A stretch of DNA of 64,000 nucleotides, from the NCBI GenBank assembly GCA_038887515.1, contig JAWAKK010000002.1, forward strand, positions 96,001 through 160,000, given 5' to 3'. The notes beneath the pieces were generated by a model that was given only the letters and a program-made list of their open reading frames with translations, did not search any database and was not told the DNA's origin. The stretch comes from Candidatus Nezhaarchaeales archaeon. Lineage in GTDB: Archaea; Thermoproteota; Methanomethylicia; Nezhaarchaeales; WYZ-LMO8. Below are positions 1-11,016 of this stretch, piece after piece. Positions within the stretch are counted from its first letter, which is position 1; every line of letters starts with the position of its first letter. A program made the position numbers and the translations under genes.

Positions 1-384
1 TATACCTTGAGCCAAGTCTATTTCGATTAAGTCCCCTTCGTTCGTCTTCTCTGATATACCTCTGACCTCAAGAACTGGGAGACCTATATTTATTGAATTT
101 CTAAAGAAGATTCGTGCAAAGCTTTCTGCAACTACAGCAGCTATGCCCGCAGCCTTTATGGCTAATGGAGCTTGTTCCCTGCTAGATCCGCAACCAAAGT
201 TCTTACCTGCAACTATTATATCGCCGGGCCTCACCTTTTTGGGAAACTCGGGGTCTACTCCTTCCATAACGTGTTGAGCAAGCTCCTTTGGATCAATAGT
301 TCTAGCTTTGTACTTGAAGGGTATTATTACGTCGGTATCTATATTGTCGCCAAACTTCCAAGCAGTACCTCGAATCACATTCAT
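1..384 (-). CDS. leuD: 3-isopropylmalate dehydratase/homoaconitase small subunit (runs off window)
   Basis: Manual translation from ATG at 384: [22 protein letters not shown]; ATGA overlap with leuC stop. Confidence 0.9.
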   Translation of the reverse strand, partial: MNVIRGTAWKFGDNIDTDVIIPFKYKARTIDPKELAQHVMEGVDPEFPKKVRPGDIIVAGKNFGCGSSREQAPLAIKAAGIAAVVAESFARIFFRNSINIGLPVLEVRGISEKTNEGDLIEIDLAQGI

Positions 385-1661
385 AGGAAGTCCCTCGGAT
401 CAGCTATAGCACCTCTTATGGCTGACGCAGCAACTGTTGCTGGAGAAGCTAAATAAACTTTAGAGGTGGGATGCCCCATCCGGCCGACAAAGTTCCTGTT
501 ACTTGAAGAAATAGCTACTTCGCCCTCACCTAAAATTCCTAGGTGGGTGCCAACGCATGCTCCGCATGTAGGGTTAGTCACTATTGCACCTGATTCTAGG
601 AGCGTTTCTATTATCCCGAGTCTTAGTGCTTCACGATAAACTTTCGTAGATGCCGGGGTTACTATGAGTCTAACACCCTCTTTGACCCTTCTCCCCGCAA
701 GTATTTTAGCGGCCTCTATGAGGTCTTCGAGGCGACCATTCGTGCAACTACCTATGAAGGCTTGGTCTATAGGTGTTCCCTCTACTTCGGCTACTGATTT
801 GACGTTATCTACTTTATGGGGAGTAGCCACGAGAGGTTCAAGTTTCGAGCAGTCTATGTGTATCTCGTCCTCCACTTCCGCTCTTCGGCCCGACCTCACT
901 ACAATGCTAGGACTCCTACCAACTTCGTTGAGATAACTTTCTGTGACGGAATCGTACTCTACCATGGCGTTCTTAGCTCCAGCTTCCATACTCATGTTGC
1001 ACAGCGTAGCTCTAGAAGCTACGGAGAGTCTTGAGATCACTTCCCCCCTCCATTCAATCGACTTGTAATTTGCACCATCGCTACCTACGCTCCCTATGAA
1101 GCTTAGCGCTACGTCCTTGGCGTAGACACCTTTAGTTAAGTAGCCGTCGAGATAGACCCTTATAGTTGACGGCACTTTAAGCCATATATTTCCTTCAAGC
1201 ATTACTGCCGCAAGTTCTGTACTTCCTATACCTGTAGCGAACGCACCTAGAGCGCCATGAGTTGTGGTGTGAGAGTCCGCGCCCACTATAAGCATTCCAG
1301 GCGTAGCGTAATCTTCAAGTATTACTTGGTGGATTATGCTACCTTCAACGACCCTTATGCCTTGCTTACGAGCAAAAACCCTCATCATTTTATGGAGATT
1401 CGAGATCTCTGGTGATGATGATGGATACGTGTGATCTATAACAAATAGTATCTTGCTTGGATCCCAAACTCTTCCTCCCCCCATTTCTTCAAAGACTTTT
1501 ATTGCGAGGGGGGTCGTGCCGTCTTGGCCAGCAGCCAAGTCCACTGAGACTACTGCGATCTCTCCAGATCTTTTCACGTTTCTCGAATCGGTTTGCTTTA
1601 TAGTTATGATCTTTTCCGCGAAAGTCAGGCCTTCATCGTTTAAAACCGTTTTTAAATCCAT
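381..1661 (-). CDS. leuC: 3-isopropylmalate dehydratase/homoaconitase large subunit
   Basis: DSHT, GSCTNGR, CGAC and SNRNF aconitase-family motifs. Confidence 0.92.
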   Translation of the reverse strand: MDLKTVLNDEGLTFAEKIITIKQTDSRNVKRSGEIAVVSVDLAAGQDGTTPLAIKVFEEMGGGRVWDPSKILFVIDHTYPSSSPEISNLHKMMRVFARKQGIRVVEGSIIHQVILEDYATPGMLIVGADSHTTTHGALGAFATGIGSTELAAVMLEGNIWLKVPSTIRVYLDGYLTKGVYAKDVALSFIGSVGSDGANYKSIEWRGEVISRLSVASRATLCNMSMEAGAKNAMVEYDSVTESYLNEVGRSPSIVVRSGRRAEVEDEIHIDCSKLEPLVATPHKVDNVKSVAEVEGTPIDQAFIGSCTNGRLEDLIEAAKILAGRRVKEGVRLIVTPASTKVYREALRLGIIETLLESGAIVTNPTCGACVGTHLGILGEGEVAISSSNRNFVGRMGHPTSKVYLASPATVAASAIRGAIADPRDFL

Positions 1662-1773
1662 AACTAGGCCCTCGCCTTGAGAAGGCAGACATGTTATGAG
1701 AGGTCTAATACTTGCCGTATTTAAACCTTAATGTTGCCTTAGTGCTATGAGAAAGCGGACTAGAGGGTTATAT

Positions 1774-1831
1774 GGGTCAGCTCGTCGCGAGATCTTCATG
1801 TCTCAGTAGCCTGGGACGGCTTCTTCATCCC
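1774..1831 (-). ncRNA. C/D-box methylation guide sRNA overlapping the pop5 3' end
   Basis: ggg-ATGAAGA-15nt-CTGA-gac-ATGAAGA-12nt-CTGA-ccc, with terminal stem. Confidence 0.85.
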
Positions 1832-2191
1832 CGATTCGAGTTCCTCTAGGTAGGATTTAAGTTTTTCAGCAAACCTATTAGCTATGGATCTTGCTTTTTT
1901 GAGAGTACCGCTCACCCTCACTACATGTGCCGCTAACGGCCCGTCTCGTGTCGAGCTGAGGAGAGCTATAGCTGCCCTAATCATCGTGAGGGAATTGTGG
2001 GGACACTTCAAGATGCCTATCTTACTTAGTTCATTGTATGCTACGATCTTGAATGGATGTTTTGAAAGACCATAAATTCCCAGGAAAGATCTAAAGTGCT
2101 TCCTTAATATATCGCTCAAGTCCTCGCCCTTCAAGTTGAGCGGAGAATGTATGTGGATGATTAAATATCGCCACCTGACTTCCTTCACCAT
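1796..2191 (-). CDS. rnp2: RNase P protein Pop5/Rpp14
   Basis: N-terminal RWRYL and C-terminal VSGTLKKA motifs; next to Rpp30. Confidence 0.88.
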   Translation of the reverse strand: MVKEVRWRYLIIHIHSPLNLKGEDLSDILRKHFRSFLGIYGLSKHPFKIVAYNELSKIGILKCPHNSLTMIRAAIALLSSTRDGPLAAHVVRVSGTLKKARSIANRFAEKLKSYLEELESGMKKPSQATET

Positions 2192-2907
2192 TCTTTTACC
2201 ACCTTGACTCCGGGTAATATGAAGCTTTGGCTAAGCTTCTCTCGGTTTGCTTGCACAAGTCTTAATGGTACTGACGAAACCATTTCTCGCGCGTATTCTT
2301 CATCCTCTAAGATTATGGACGCTAAAGCTGAAAGCTCCCGAGGGGCTCTCATGTCTACGATTTTCGTAGCTCCCGAGGAGATGATTATAGGTATACCTTT
2401 CTTCTTAACTTTTTTAAGCGCTAAACCATAGTGCCACAATGCTTTAGCCTGCTTTTCGGGGCTAATACCTAGTAGGTCGGAGAGATTAACCTCGACGCAG
2501 TGGCCGCTCTCGAGAAGTAAGTTCACCTGTCTTTCATCAAGTATTGAGAGAATGTTTTCTGGATCGTAAAAAGTTATGTCAACTCTACGGTCACGCGCCG
2601 CTGTCCTCGCGACCGCTACATTATAGCAATAGACCGCCATTATTTCTACGCTACGTCTAAACTTTCCCAAGCATTTTTTTAACTCCTTAGGACTTGAAGG
2701 TTTTAAGTCCAACCTTAACGCTATGTCGACGCCGAAGTCCTTTCCAGCGCCTTTGACGGTCCCTAGACGGTTTAGCTCGTAAGGTTCATCGAGCGATAAT
2801 GCTATGAGTGAAAAGCCTAGGTGTTTTGCCATCTTGATTAAGAGCTCTGGCGCGTCGCCTCCGCTTGTAACCTTGATGTGTAGATCCGCATATCTTCTCC
2901 TAGGCAT
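2185..2907 (-). CDS. rnp3: RNase P protein Rpp30
   Basis: YADLHI start, ISSGA...MRAPREL motif. Confidence 0.9.
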   Translation of the reverse strand: MPRRRYADLHIKVTSGGDAPELLIKMAKHLGFSLIALSLDEPYELNRLGTVKGAGKDFGVDIALRLDLKPSSPKELKKCLGKFRRSVEIMAVYCYNVAVARTAARDRRVDITFYDPENILSILDERQVNLLLESGHCVEVNLSDLLGISPEKQAKALWHYGLALKKVKKKGIPIIISSGATKIVDMRAPRELSALASIILEDEEYAREMVSSVPLRLVQANREKLSQSFILPGVKVVKEW

Positions 2908-2924
2908 GTTACATGCGCCTCACA

Positions 2925-3365
2925 TTATAAACTGAGCAGGAGGGCCCTTATTGCATCTTGAGAAGGACCCTTAAAGCTGAATACCACTTTAACTACGTCA
3001 TCACCAAACGATAGTTTAACTAAGCCTAGGAAGGCCCCTTGCTTGTCGAGCCTTACGTGGAGCCTCATCTTCTCGTCTATGTGTAGGTCTAAGTTCGTAA
3101 GTATGTACGTCTTTTCCTCGCTAGAGAGGGCGTTCCAGATCCATGAGAGAGCTTGATTGGCCTGCTCTGGGTTCCTAAAAGATACTTTGGCTATCCTTAT
3201 CGGATTGTTGTAGTGTCCAAGTGTTTCCTCTACCTTGATACTCATTCTCGACCTGATTTTTGGAGGTAATAGGTTTTCAACTGCTTTGATTACTTTATTG
3301 TAGTCCTCCGTGGCATGTATAAAGACTGTATATTCGACTGAGGTGAGCTTCGCGTTAAGGCTCAT
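2925..3365 (-). CDS. DUF54 (UPF0201) RNA-binding protein
   Basis: HATED, GHYNNPI and RLDKQ motifs. Confidence 0.85.
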   Translation of the reverse strand: MSLNAKLTSVEYTVFIHATEDYNKVIKAVENLLPPKIRSRMSIKVEETLGHYNNPIRIAKVSFRNPEQANQALSWIWNALSSEEKTYILTNLDLHIDEKMRLHVRLDKQGAFLGLVKLSFGDDVVKVVFSFKGPSQDAIRALLLSL

Positions 3366-4174
3366 GACTTGATCAATCCATCGTTATGGCTTAAAGCACG
3401 CGCCCTCTCCCATCTTCGATTAAAGGCATCAATAAATACCTTTATTAGCCCTAGGTTTTCGGTGTAATGAGGTCTGTAGTAAGACGTCTTTTTCTCCGTA
3501 ACCCATATCAGAAAGACAAGTTTGCTCTCATCAACTAGAGTACCCCTAACTGGGTACCACTCTTCAACCGCGTACCTAACTTCCGCCCCATTCTCGACGA
3601 GGTCCTTAGCGGTCTCCACAGATTGATTGCTTCCTGCTTTCATTAAGACTCTAATTCTAACGCCGCGCTGAATAGCGCTCAGAAGTAGCTCTCTCACCTT
3701 GCGGTACCACTCGAACGACGCCGTGAAAATAGAGATGTTACGTTGTGCTTGTGAAATGATCTCTGCGGTTTTAATCTCCATAGATCTCAAGTCGTCTAGA
3801 GGCTCTATCAGTAGCTCGTCCCTTATGCCATACCTCTTCTCCCAATACTTGCCCTCTAAAGCTTCTCTTACGACATGAAGGCTCTCTCTAAGCTCAGCCA
3901 GCTCGCTCTCTAAGTATCTAGTCTTAATTCCTAAGAGTATCTCTACGGTTTTTGACGGGGGAATCACGTCGTACCTGTCATGGTTTAACTGCTTTACGAG
4001 CCCTTTAGTTATAAGTGATGCCAATGCTTGTCTCACATCACTCAAGGATGCTCTTAGAGCACTACACAGTTCCGCTTCTCCTTTTTGGGGATTTTCATTC
4101 AAGAAGACGTATATCTCCGACTCAAGCTGTGTAAGTCCAGATTTCTTGAGGTTCTCTACAATGGTTGATGACAT
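3362..4174 (-). CDS. TrmB family transcriptional regulator
   Basis: N-terminal winged HTH (GLTQLESEIY...LITKGLV) plus PLD-like effector domain. Confidence 0.85.
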   Translation of the reverse strand: MSSTIVENLKKSGLTQLESEIYVFLNENPQKGEAELCSALRASLSDVRQALASLITKGLVKQLNHDRYDVIPPSKTVEILLGIKTRYLESELAELRESLHVVREALEGKYWEKRYGIRDELLIEPLDDLRSMEIKTAEIISQAQRNISIFTASFEWYRKVRELLLSAIQRGVRIRVLMKAGSNQSVETAKDLVENGAEVRYAVEEWYPVRGTLVDESKLVFLIWVTEKKTSYYRPHYTENLGLIKVFIDAFNRRWERARALSHNDGLIKS

Positions 4175-4224
4175 GCTAGGAGTTCACCGTGAAATAACTA
4201 CTTGGAATACCTTATTAACACATC

Positions 4225-5160
4225 TTAGAAGGTGTCTCGCAGAGCTTTAAAGACCTCTTCGGCTATCATGAACCCAGCTATCGTCTGAGCCTCCAAAGTT
4301 TGAGAAGCTATGTGAGGTGTCGCTACAACGTTTGGTAACCTTATAAGTTCCCATTCCTCTTCAGTTTTAGGAGGTTCGTTCTCAAAGACGTCCAACGCGG
4401 CTCCTGATAACTTGCCATTCTTTAACGCTTTGAGGAGGGCTTTTGTATCGACTATTCCTCCTCTTGAAGTGTTTACCAGAATTGCTCCATCCTTCATGAG
4501 AGAGATCTCTCTTTCACCTATCATACGTCGCGTGTTTTCGTTAAGCGGTATATGTAAGGTTACTATGTCGCTCTCCTTTAGTAACTCTTCGAGTGTTGAT
4601 GCTACCTTGACCCCCATGCTCTCAGCTTCCTTTCTAATATCTCTTATATCATAGGCTATTACCTTCATCTCAAATGAAAGGGCCCTCTTAGCAACCGCTT
4701 TGCCTATACGCCCAAAACCTATGATTCCTAGAACTTTCCCCCTAAGTTCAAATCCCATGAATTTATTCTTTAACCATAAGCCTTCCTTCAAAGTCCTAGT
4801 AGCTTCAGGTATCATTCGAGCGAGTGATAGAATGAGAGCCACGGTAGCTTCTGCGACAGCTACGGTTGAAGCTTGAGGGGTAGAGACAACCTTTATGTTC
4901 TTCTCTGAAGCAGCCTTGATATCTATGTTATCAAGCCCAACGCCAGCTCTCCCTATAACTTTGAGGTTACAGGCCTCCATTATTATGTCTCGAGTAAGTT
5001 TCGTTTTTCCCCTTACTATTAGGGCATCGTACTCTTTGACTGCTCTTATTAAATCCTCCTTACTTAATGAGGGCTTTACGTCAACTATGCAACCCTTGGA
5101 CTTAAAGAAGTCAGCGCATGATTCATGAACGTCGTCTGTTATCAATATTTTGAAGGTCAC
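4225..5160 (-). CDS. D-isomer 2-hydroxyacid dehydrogenase (SerA-like, no ACT domain)
   Basis: GVGLDNID, GFGRIG, NTSRG, LDVF, TPHI motifs. Confidence 0.9.
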   Translation of the reverse strand: MTFKILITDDVHESCADFFKSKGCIVDVKPSLSKEDLIRAVKEYDALIVRGKTKLTRDIIMEACNLKVIGRAGVGLDNIDIKAASEKNIKVVSTPQASTVAVAEATVALILSLARMIPEATRTLKEGLWLKNKFMGFELRGKVLGIIGFGRIGKAVAKRALSFEMKVIAYDIRDIRKEAESMGVKVASTLEELLKESDIVTLHIPLNENTRRMIGEREISLMKDGAILVNTSRGGIVDTKALLKALKNGKLSGAALDVFENEPPKTEEEWELIRLPNVVATPHIASQTLEAQTIAGFMIAEEVFKALRDTF

Positions 5161-5306
5161 ATCATAGCACCTCGATGTCGAGCTCTCACAAGTGCCTACA
5201 TATCATTGAGGCCTCTTATATTTTTAATTCTAGTTAAAATGAAAAGCATAGAAAGCTAGCCGACAAGAATTTACTAAACTAAAAAATTAATAATACGTGT
5301 TTTAAA

Positions 5307-6527
5307 ATGCCAGAAGTAGCAATAGTAGGAAAGACGAACGTCGGTAAGAGTACGCTATTTAGTGCTTTGACTATGTTACCGGTTAAAATAGAGGCAAGAC
5401 CGTTTACGACCATAAAACCCAACGTTGGGATAGCATATCTAAAGGTTAATTGCGTTTGTAAGGAAATGAACGTTAAGGATAATCCCAAAAACTCCATATG
5501 CAAAGACGGTGTTAGATACATCCCGGTTAAGGTAATAGATCTCGCAGGACTTATACCAGGAGCCCACGAAGGAAGAGGGCTGGGGAACAAGTTTTTAGAT
5601 GAAATGCGAACAGCTGATGGAATAATACACGTAGTCGATGCCTCAGGTTCTACAGACTTTGAAGGAAGGCCTTGCCCCCCAAAGTCTCATGACCCCCTTC
5701 TTGACGTTGAAATGATAGAAAGAGAAGTGAACTTTTGGATTTTAGGAATGTTGAAGCAGGATTGGGCCAAGATTTCGAGATCGGCAGAACACGGTAAGTC
5801 TAAGGCTGAAGAGGTCATAGCTTTAAGGCTCAGCGGCTTAAAGATCTCCGTTAAACATGTTAGAGAGACTCTTGAAGAATTGGACCTTGTAAATAAGAAG
5901 CTTAGCGCGTGGAGTGAAGACACTATCTTGACCTTCATCAGACACCTTTTTAGGAGAGCCAAGCCCTTCGTCATTGCTGCGAATAAGAGCGATATACCTG
6001 AAAGCGTGGAAAACGTAAAGAGACTTAGAGAGCTCTACGGTTATGACACAGTAATACCTTGTAGCGCGGAAGCCGAATTAGCTCTTCGAAGGGCTGCTGA
6101 GAAGGGTTTAATTGAATATACGCCAGGCGATAGCTCATTTAAGATAATAAGTCGTGAGAGGTTAACTAATGAGCAAATTAAAGCCTTAGAGACAATTAAG
6201 CAAAGAGTCTTAGATGTTTGGGGATCAACTGGGGTCCAAGAAGTCCTAAATACCATGTACTTCAAGAAGCTAAACATGATACCGGTGTATCCAGTCGCAG
6301 ATCCCGATAAGTTGACCGATAGTGAAGGCAATGTACTACCGGACGTCTACTTAGTCCCACGAGGCACTACGGTTCGAGAGTTGGCTTACCTAGTCCATTC
6401 AGAGCTAGGTGAAAGCTTCGTATATGCTATTGATGCAAGGAGTAAGATAAGGCTAGGCGAAGATACCGTTTTAAAGGAGAATGATATAATATCAATCGTG
6501 GCAGCTAAAAAGCTAAAGAGGAAGTAG
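5307..6527 (+). CDS. ychF: YchF/Obg family ATPase/GTPase with TGS domain
   Basis: GKTNVGKST, PFTT, DLAG, GRGLGNKFL, NKSD. Confidence 0.92.
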   Translation: MPEVAIVGKTNVGKSTLFSALTMLPVKIEARPFTTIKPNVGIAYLKVNCVCKEMNVKDNPKNSICKDGVRYIPVKVIDLAGLIPGAHEGRGLGNKFLDEMRTADGIIHVVDASGSTDFEGRPCPPKSHDPLLDVEMIEREVNFWILGMLKQDWAKISRSAEHGKSKAEEVIALRLSGLKISVKHVRETLEELDLVNKKLSAWSEDTILTFIRHLFRRAKPFVIAANKSDIPESVENVKRLRELYGYDTVIPCSAEAELALRRAAEKGLIEYTPGDSSFKIISRERLTNEQIKALETIKQRVLDVWGSTGVQEVLNTMYFKKLNMIPVYPVADPDKLTDSEGNVLPDVYLVPRGTTVRELAYLVHSELGESFVYAIDARSKIRLGEDTVLKENDIISIVAAKKLKRK

Positions 6528-6528
6528 T

Positions 6529-6876
6529 ATGATAGACATCGATCTTGAAGAACTTAGAAGGAAGTACCCTCATTTAGCTCGAGAATTAGAGGAGAAGCTG
6601 ATGTGCATTAAGATTAGGGGTTCTAGGACTAATGAAGAGGACCTCGAAGTCGGCATGCCTGATGCCGTCGATTATATAAGGCGCTGCAAGAGCTTTCAAG
6701 AGGCTGAAGAGGTCATAAACTTCTTGGAGAAAACCGATCAGATTTCGAAGTCGAAAGCGGAAGAGTTAAGAGAACAACTTTATTCTCAAGGGCTAGAGAG
6801 TTTTGGTCCCCGCAAGGAGTTTGGCTACTACGTTAAGAGGTACTTAAATGAGAAGACTACAGACTCCTCGACCTGA
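6529..6876 (+). CDS. DUF2095 family protein
   Basis: KYPHLARE, DYIRRC, SFGPRKEFGYY pattern. Confidence 0.8.
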   Translation: MIDIDLEELRRKYPHLARELEEKLMCIKIRGSRTNEEDLEVGMPDAVDYIRRCKSFQEAEEVINFLEKTDQISKSKAEELREQLYSQGLESFGPRKEFGYYVKRYLNEKTTDSST

Positions 6877-6936
6877 TAACACTTAAATGTAGGACCCAAA
6901 ATATAAACGATAGCTTTAGCCCAGCTAGGGGGGAAC

Positions 6937-9327
6937 ATGAAAGAGAGAGCTTACGTCTTATGGATCGAAGAGATCGACAAGGGCGACATAATGCTAGTTG
7001 GAGGCAAGAGCGCTAACCTCGGAGAGCTTACTAAAGCAGGAATACCAGTGCCTCCTGGATTTGCTGTTACTTCATACGCGTATAAAGAGTTTATTGATAG
7101 AACAGGTATTAAGAGAAAAATAGAGGAGTTTTTAAAGGAGGTTGAAGGAAAAAAGGACCCTCAACTGTTCGAGGAAGTTAGTGCAAATATCAGGAAACTT
7201 ATAGAGAATAGCAGGATTCCTGAAGAAATAGCAGACGCCATAAGAGAAAACTACAGAAAACTGTGCAACAAAGTGGGGTTATCCAACGTCCCTGTCGCAG
7301 TAAGAAGTTCAGCTACAGCCGAGGACTTACCAGATGCTAGCTTTGCAGGACAACAAGACACGTATCTCAACGTTGAAGGTGAGGAGGAAGTGCTGTCAAA
7401 GGTAAAGAAGTGCTGGTCATCCCTATTCACTCCGCGTGCCATATTCTATAGACAAGAAAAGGGGATAGAGCACAACAGAGTGTTGATGAGTGTAGTGGTA
7501 CAAAAGATGGTTAACGCAAGAGTTGCTGGCGTAATGTTCACCATACATCCGATAACCGGCGAACGAGACAAAATCGTTATAGAGGGAAGTTGGGGTCTAG
7601 GCGAGGCAGTTGTAAGCGGTTCAGTCACCCCTGACGTTTACGTGGTAGATAAGAAAGCGCTTAAAATAGTAGATAGGAAGATTGCTGAAAAGACGCATGA
7701 ATTAGTCAGAGACGCATATTCTGGACGAACCGTGAAAGTTGAAGTCCCTTCAGAGAGGAGGAAGATACCATGTCTATCCGATGAAGAGGTCCTAAAGCTA
7801 GCCGAGCTAGCTATCAAGATAGAGCAACATTATGGGCAACCTCAAGACATAGAATGGGCTATTGATGCTGATTTGAAGTTTCCGAACAACATTTTTGTCG
7901 TGCAATCGAGGCCGGAGACGGTATGGTCTTTAAGAGGGAAAGTGGAAGAGAAAGCCGAGGTTAAAGTGAGGGGTAGAAGAGTAATAGTTAAGGGCTTGCC
8001 AGCAAGTCCGGGCGTATGGTCTGGTAAAGCCAAGGTAGTCAAGAGCGTTGAGGAAGCGTCAAGACTCATTGAGAAAGGGGACATATTAGTAACTATGATG
8101 ACCAATCCAGATTGGGTTCCATACATGCGGCTCGCTGGTGCTATCGTGACGGACGAAGGAGGTATGACGTGCCATGCCGCTATAGTTAGTAGGGAGCTAG
8201 GGATACCGGCCATAGTCGGTACGGGCAATGCAACTAAGGTCTTAGAGACTGGTAAAGAATATACAGTTGAAGCCACGACGGGAGTAGTCTACGAGGGTAC
8301 GGTTGAAGAGTTCGTAAGAGGAGGAGGGGAATTTAAAGCTACGATGTCGCCAACGACTATGTCAACGGTGGAGCACTTCATTCCTACGGGAACAAAAATT
8401 TACATGAATTTAGGAGTACCAGAGAAAATAACAGATTACATGCATCTGCCATTCGATGGAATAGGCTTAATGCGTATAGAGTTCATAATGACTTCTCACA
8501 TAGGAGAGCACCCCCTCTATTTGCTTGAAAAGGGCGAGGAAAGCAAATTCGTGGATAAGCTGGCTGAAGGGGTAGCAATGGTAGCAAGACAGGTTCAACC
8601 TAGACCGGTAATAGTGAGATTCAGCGACTTAAAGACCAATGAATACAAGAAGTTAAAGGGTGGCGAAAGCTACGAACCTAACGAACATAATCCAATGCTC
8701 GGATATCGAGGTGCATCACGCTACATAAGCCCTCAATACGAGAAGGCATTCAGGCTAGAGTGCAAGGCTATAAAGAAGGTCAGAGATGTATGGGGGCTAA
8801 AGAACGTATGGGTGATGTTACCTTTCGTCAGAACCACTTGGGAAATGGAGAGGGCCTTGCAGATTATGAAGGAAGAGGGGCTCGAAAGGGGAAGGGACTT
8901 CAAGGTATGGTTGATGGCTGAAGTTCCTAGCGTCATATTCTTAGCCGATGAGTTTTGTAAGTGCGTTGATGGGTTTAGCATAGGTAGCAACGATCTAACA
9001 CAATTAATCCTCGGAGTCGATAGAGACTCTGAAATATTACCTAACTTAGACCCTCGATACTTCGACGAAAGAGACCCAGCAGTTTTAAGGGCTATAAGTC
9101 ACCTAATTAAGACAGCCCATAAACACGGAGCAACGGTAAGCATATGCGGTCAGGGACCCTCATACCTAGAAGACTTTGTTGAATGGCTCGTACGTCAGGG
9201 CATAGACAGCGTATCCGTTAACCCTGACGCAGTCATGAGGGTGCGTCGTTTAGTGGCACAAGTCGAAAGAAGAATTTTACTTGAAAACGCGTTAAACAAA
9301 AAGTCTAAAAGAGCGCTGAGCAAATAG
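6937..9327 (+). CDS. ppsA: Phosphoenolpyruvate synthase
   Basis: GGKSANL, RSSATAED, TCHAAIVSRE phospho-His motif, SIGSNDL. Confidence 0.95.
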   Translation: MKERAYVLWIEEIDKGDIMLVGGKSANLGELTKAGIPVPPGFAVTSYAYKEFIDRTGIKRKIEEFLKEVEGKKDPQLFEEVSANIRKLIENSRIPEEIADAIRENYRKLCNKVGLSNVPVAVRSSATAEDLPDASFAGQQDTYLNVEGEEEVLSKVKKCWSSLFTPRAIFYRQEKGIEHNRVLMSVVVQKMVNARVAGVMFTIHPITGERDKIVIEGSWGLGEAVVSGSVTPDVYVVDKKALKIVDRKIAEKTHELVRDAYSGRTVKVEVPSERRKIPCLSDEEVLKLAELAIKIEQHYGQPQDIEWAIDADLKFPNNIFVVQSRPETVWSLRGKVEEKAEVKVRGRRVIVKGLPASPGVWSGKAKVVKSVEEASRLIEKGDILVTMMTNPDWVPYMRLAGAIVTDEGGMTCHAAIVSRELGIPAIVGTGNATKVLETGKEYTVEATTGVVYEGTVEEFVRGGGEFKATMSPTTMSTVEHFIPTGTKIYMNLGVPEKITDYMHLPFDGIGLMRIEFIMTSHIGEHPLYLLEKGEESKFVDKLAEGVAMVARQVQPRPVIVRFSDLKTNEYKKLKGGESYEPNEHNPMLGYRGASRYISPQYEKAFRLECKAIKKVRDVWGLKNVWVMLPFVRTTWEMERALQIMKEEGLERGRDFKVWLMAEVPSVIFLADEFCKCVDGFSIGSNDLTQLILGVDRDSEILPNLDPRYFDERDPAVLRAISHLIKTAHKHGATVSICGQGPSYLEDFVEWLVRQGIDSVSVNPDAVMRVRRLVAQVERRILLENALNKKSKRALSK

Positions 9328-9496
9328 ATGATAAATTAATTTTAACATTATTTCTTAAATTAACTTACACTTATTCCTCAACCTTGAGGCTATCATTAAT
9401 AGCCAAGTTCCTTCACCTATTGTAGTAAATTTACTATTTGTATTAAGGAAGGCTGATCACAATATTTATTAGCGTTCCACACAAGTACCTTGCAAG

Positions 9497-9748
9497 GTGA
9501 TTAAGACGTCTACCAAGAAGAAGAGGGCTGAAGAAGTAGGCGTTTCAAATCACAGGCATTGCATAATATGCGGAGGAGTTGTGCCGTCCGACAGGAACCC
9601 GCCAGTTTGTGAAGGTCCTTGCGAAGAAGAGCTTACTAAGAGGGAGAAAAGGTCTAGAACCTTCAATTTAGTATGGATGTTAATGATTTTTGGCCTCCTA
9701 GCTATAATGATGATTAGCCTATTTGGACCGGCCATTCCTAAGAGCTAG
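9497..9748 (+). CDS. DUF2116-like Zn-ribbon membrane protein
   Basis: HRHCIICG...C...C plus C-terminal TM helix. Confidence 0.75.
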   Translation: MIKTSTKKKRAEEVGVSNHRHCIICGGVVPSDRNPPVCEGPCEEELTKREKRSRTFNLVWMLMIFGLLAIMMISLFGPAIPKS

Positions 9749-9751
9749 CTA

Positions 9752-10267
9752 TTAGCTTTTGCTAACTTCCTTTACGACCCTTATTTCACAAGGTACTGGG
9801 AGCTTTGAAGCAGCTCTTCTTACGGCTTCCCTCGCCACCCCCTCCTTGTCTACGGGGACTTTAACCGTGAGTATTACATCTCCGGCACTAACTCTGGCGG
9901 CTGTACCAACAGGGTCTCCGAATGCAAGCCGCATGCCGTCTTGAAGTCTGTCGGCACCGGCAAACGCCATCATTTTGTTTTCTCGCAAGACGTGGTGAGG
10001 ATATGGATGTATCTTAAGGAAATAGTTGTTCTCGCCGAGGTTTGAAGACAAATATTTACTGCAGGTAACCCTCATAGCTTCTAATGCGTTGTGCCTTATC
10101 TGTGCCGGCTCTTTAGCTACTAATTCAACAGTCAATTGGAAGTCTGCCTTCGTGTTCCCCATAGTGAACTTCGTTATCTTAGGTGGTGGAATACCGTGTA
10201 TGTATTCTTTCCTCGTGTAGGCTGGTCCTTTCACGAGCCTATAGCAGCGAGCCGGTCTTAGAGGCAA
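9752..10267 (-). CDS. rpl10e: Ribosomal protein uL16 (L10e)
   Basis: [22 protein letters not shown]. Confidence 0.97.
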   Translation of the reverse strand: MPLRPARCYRLVKGPAYTRKEYIHGIPPPKITKFTMGNTKADFQLTVELVAKEPAQIRHNALEAMRVTCSKYLSSNLGENNYFLKIHPYPHHVLRENKMMAFAGADRLQDGMRLAFGDPVGTAARVSAGDVILTVKVPVDKEGVAREAVRRAASKLPVPCEIRVVKEVSKS

Positions 10268-10305
10268 TTTTAAACACCTTCCCCTATAATTGAGGGGGGT
10301 GCCTT

Positions 10306-11016
10306 TTAGCTTTTCTTTGCAGCGGAATCCATAAGCTTTAAATGTACTTTATGGAGGAAGGCTAGCAGGATGTGTATCTCTTTTTGAGAAATGAAGGATT
10401 TTCCAAGTATCCTTTTGAAAACTATTTTGGCTTTTTCCTCCTTCTCTGGGAGGAAGTTTATCGATTTGAGTATGTCTGAAAAGTACTTTAAAGCGACTCT
10501 TCGCAACCTTTCGTTTGCTAGTCTTACCTTGGGCCTCACGTGACTTCTTGAGAGCTCATATAGTATTATAGCTATCGCGTGCGTAATGTTCATTACTGGG
10601 TACTCGTCGCTTGTAGGTATATTTACGACCATATCACACATCGAAAGTTCGTCGTTTGTGAGACCTATGTCTTCACGACCAAAAATCAGAGCTACCTTAC
10701 CATCGAGCTTCAACAGCCCGCGTAAATGCCAGGGGGGTACAACCGTCCTCACGACGTTTCTGGGTCCTGCCAGCTTACCTGTTGTACCAATTTTTATATC
10801 AAAACCTTTTACCGCCTCCTCCAGACTATCAACTATAGTTATTCTTTCAAGTAGGTCTGAAGCTTTTACAGCAAACCTTCTTGATACATCTGAAATGTTA
10901 GTTCGAGGCCTTACGAGACATAAGTCTTTGAAGCCAAAGTTCTTCATAACCCTACACGTAAGACCTATGCTCATTTCGTAGAGAGGTTCAACTAGGACTA
11001 TCCTGAAGTCGGGCAT
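10306..11016 (-). CDS. trmJ: TrmJ family SPOUT tRNA methyltransferase
   Basis: [23 protein letters not shown]. Confidence 0.88.
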   Translation of the reverse strand: MPDFRIVLVEPLYEMSIGLTCRVMKNFGFKDLCLVRPRTNISDVSRRFAVKASDLLERITIVDSLEEAVKGFDIKIGTTGKLAGPRNVVRTVVPPWHLRGLLKLDGKVALIFGREDIGLTNDELSMCDMVVNIPTSDEYPVMNITHAIAIILYELSRSHVRPKVRLANERLRRVALKYFSDILKSINFLPEKEEKAKIVFKRILGKSFISQKEIHILLAFLHKVHLKLMDSAAKKS

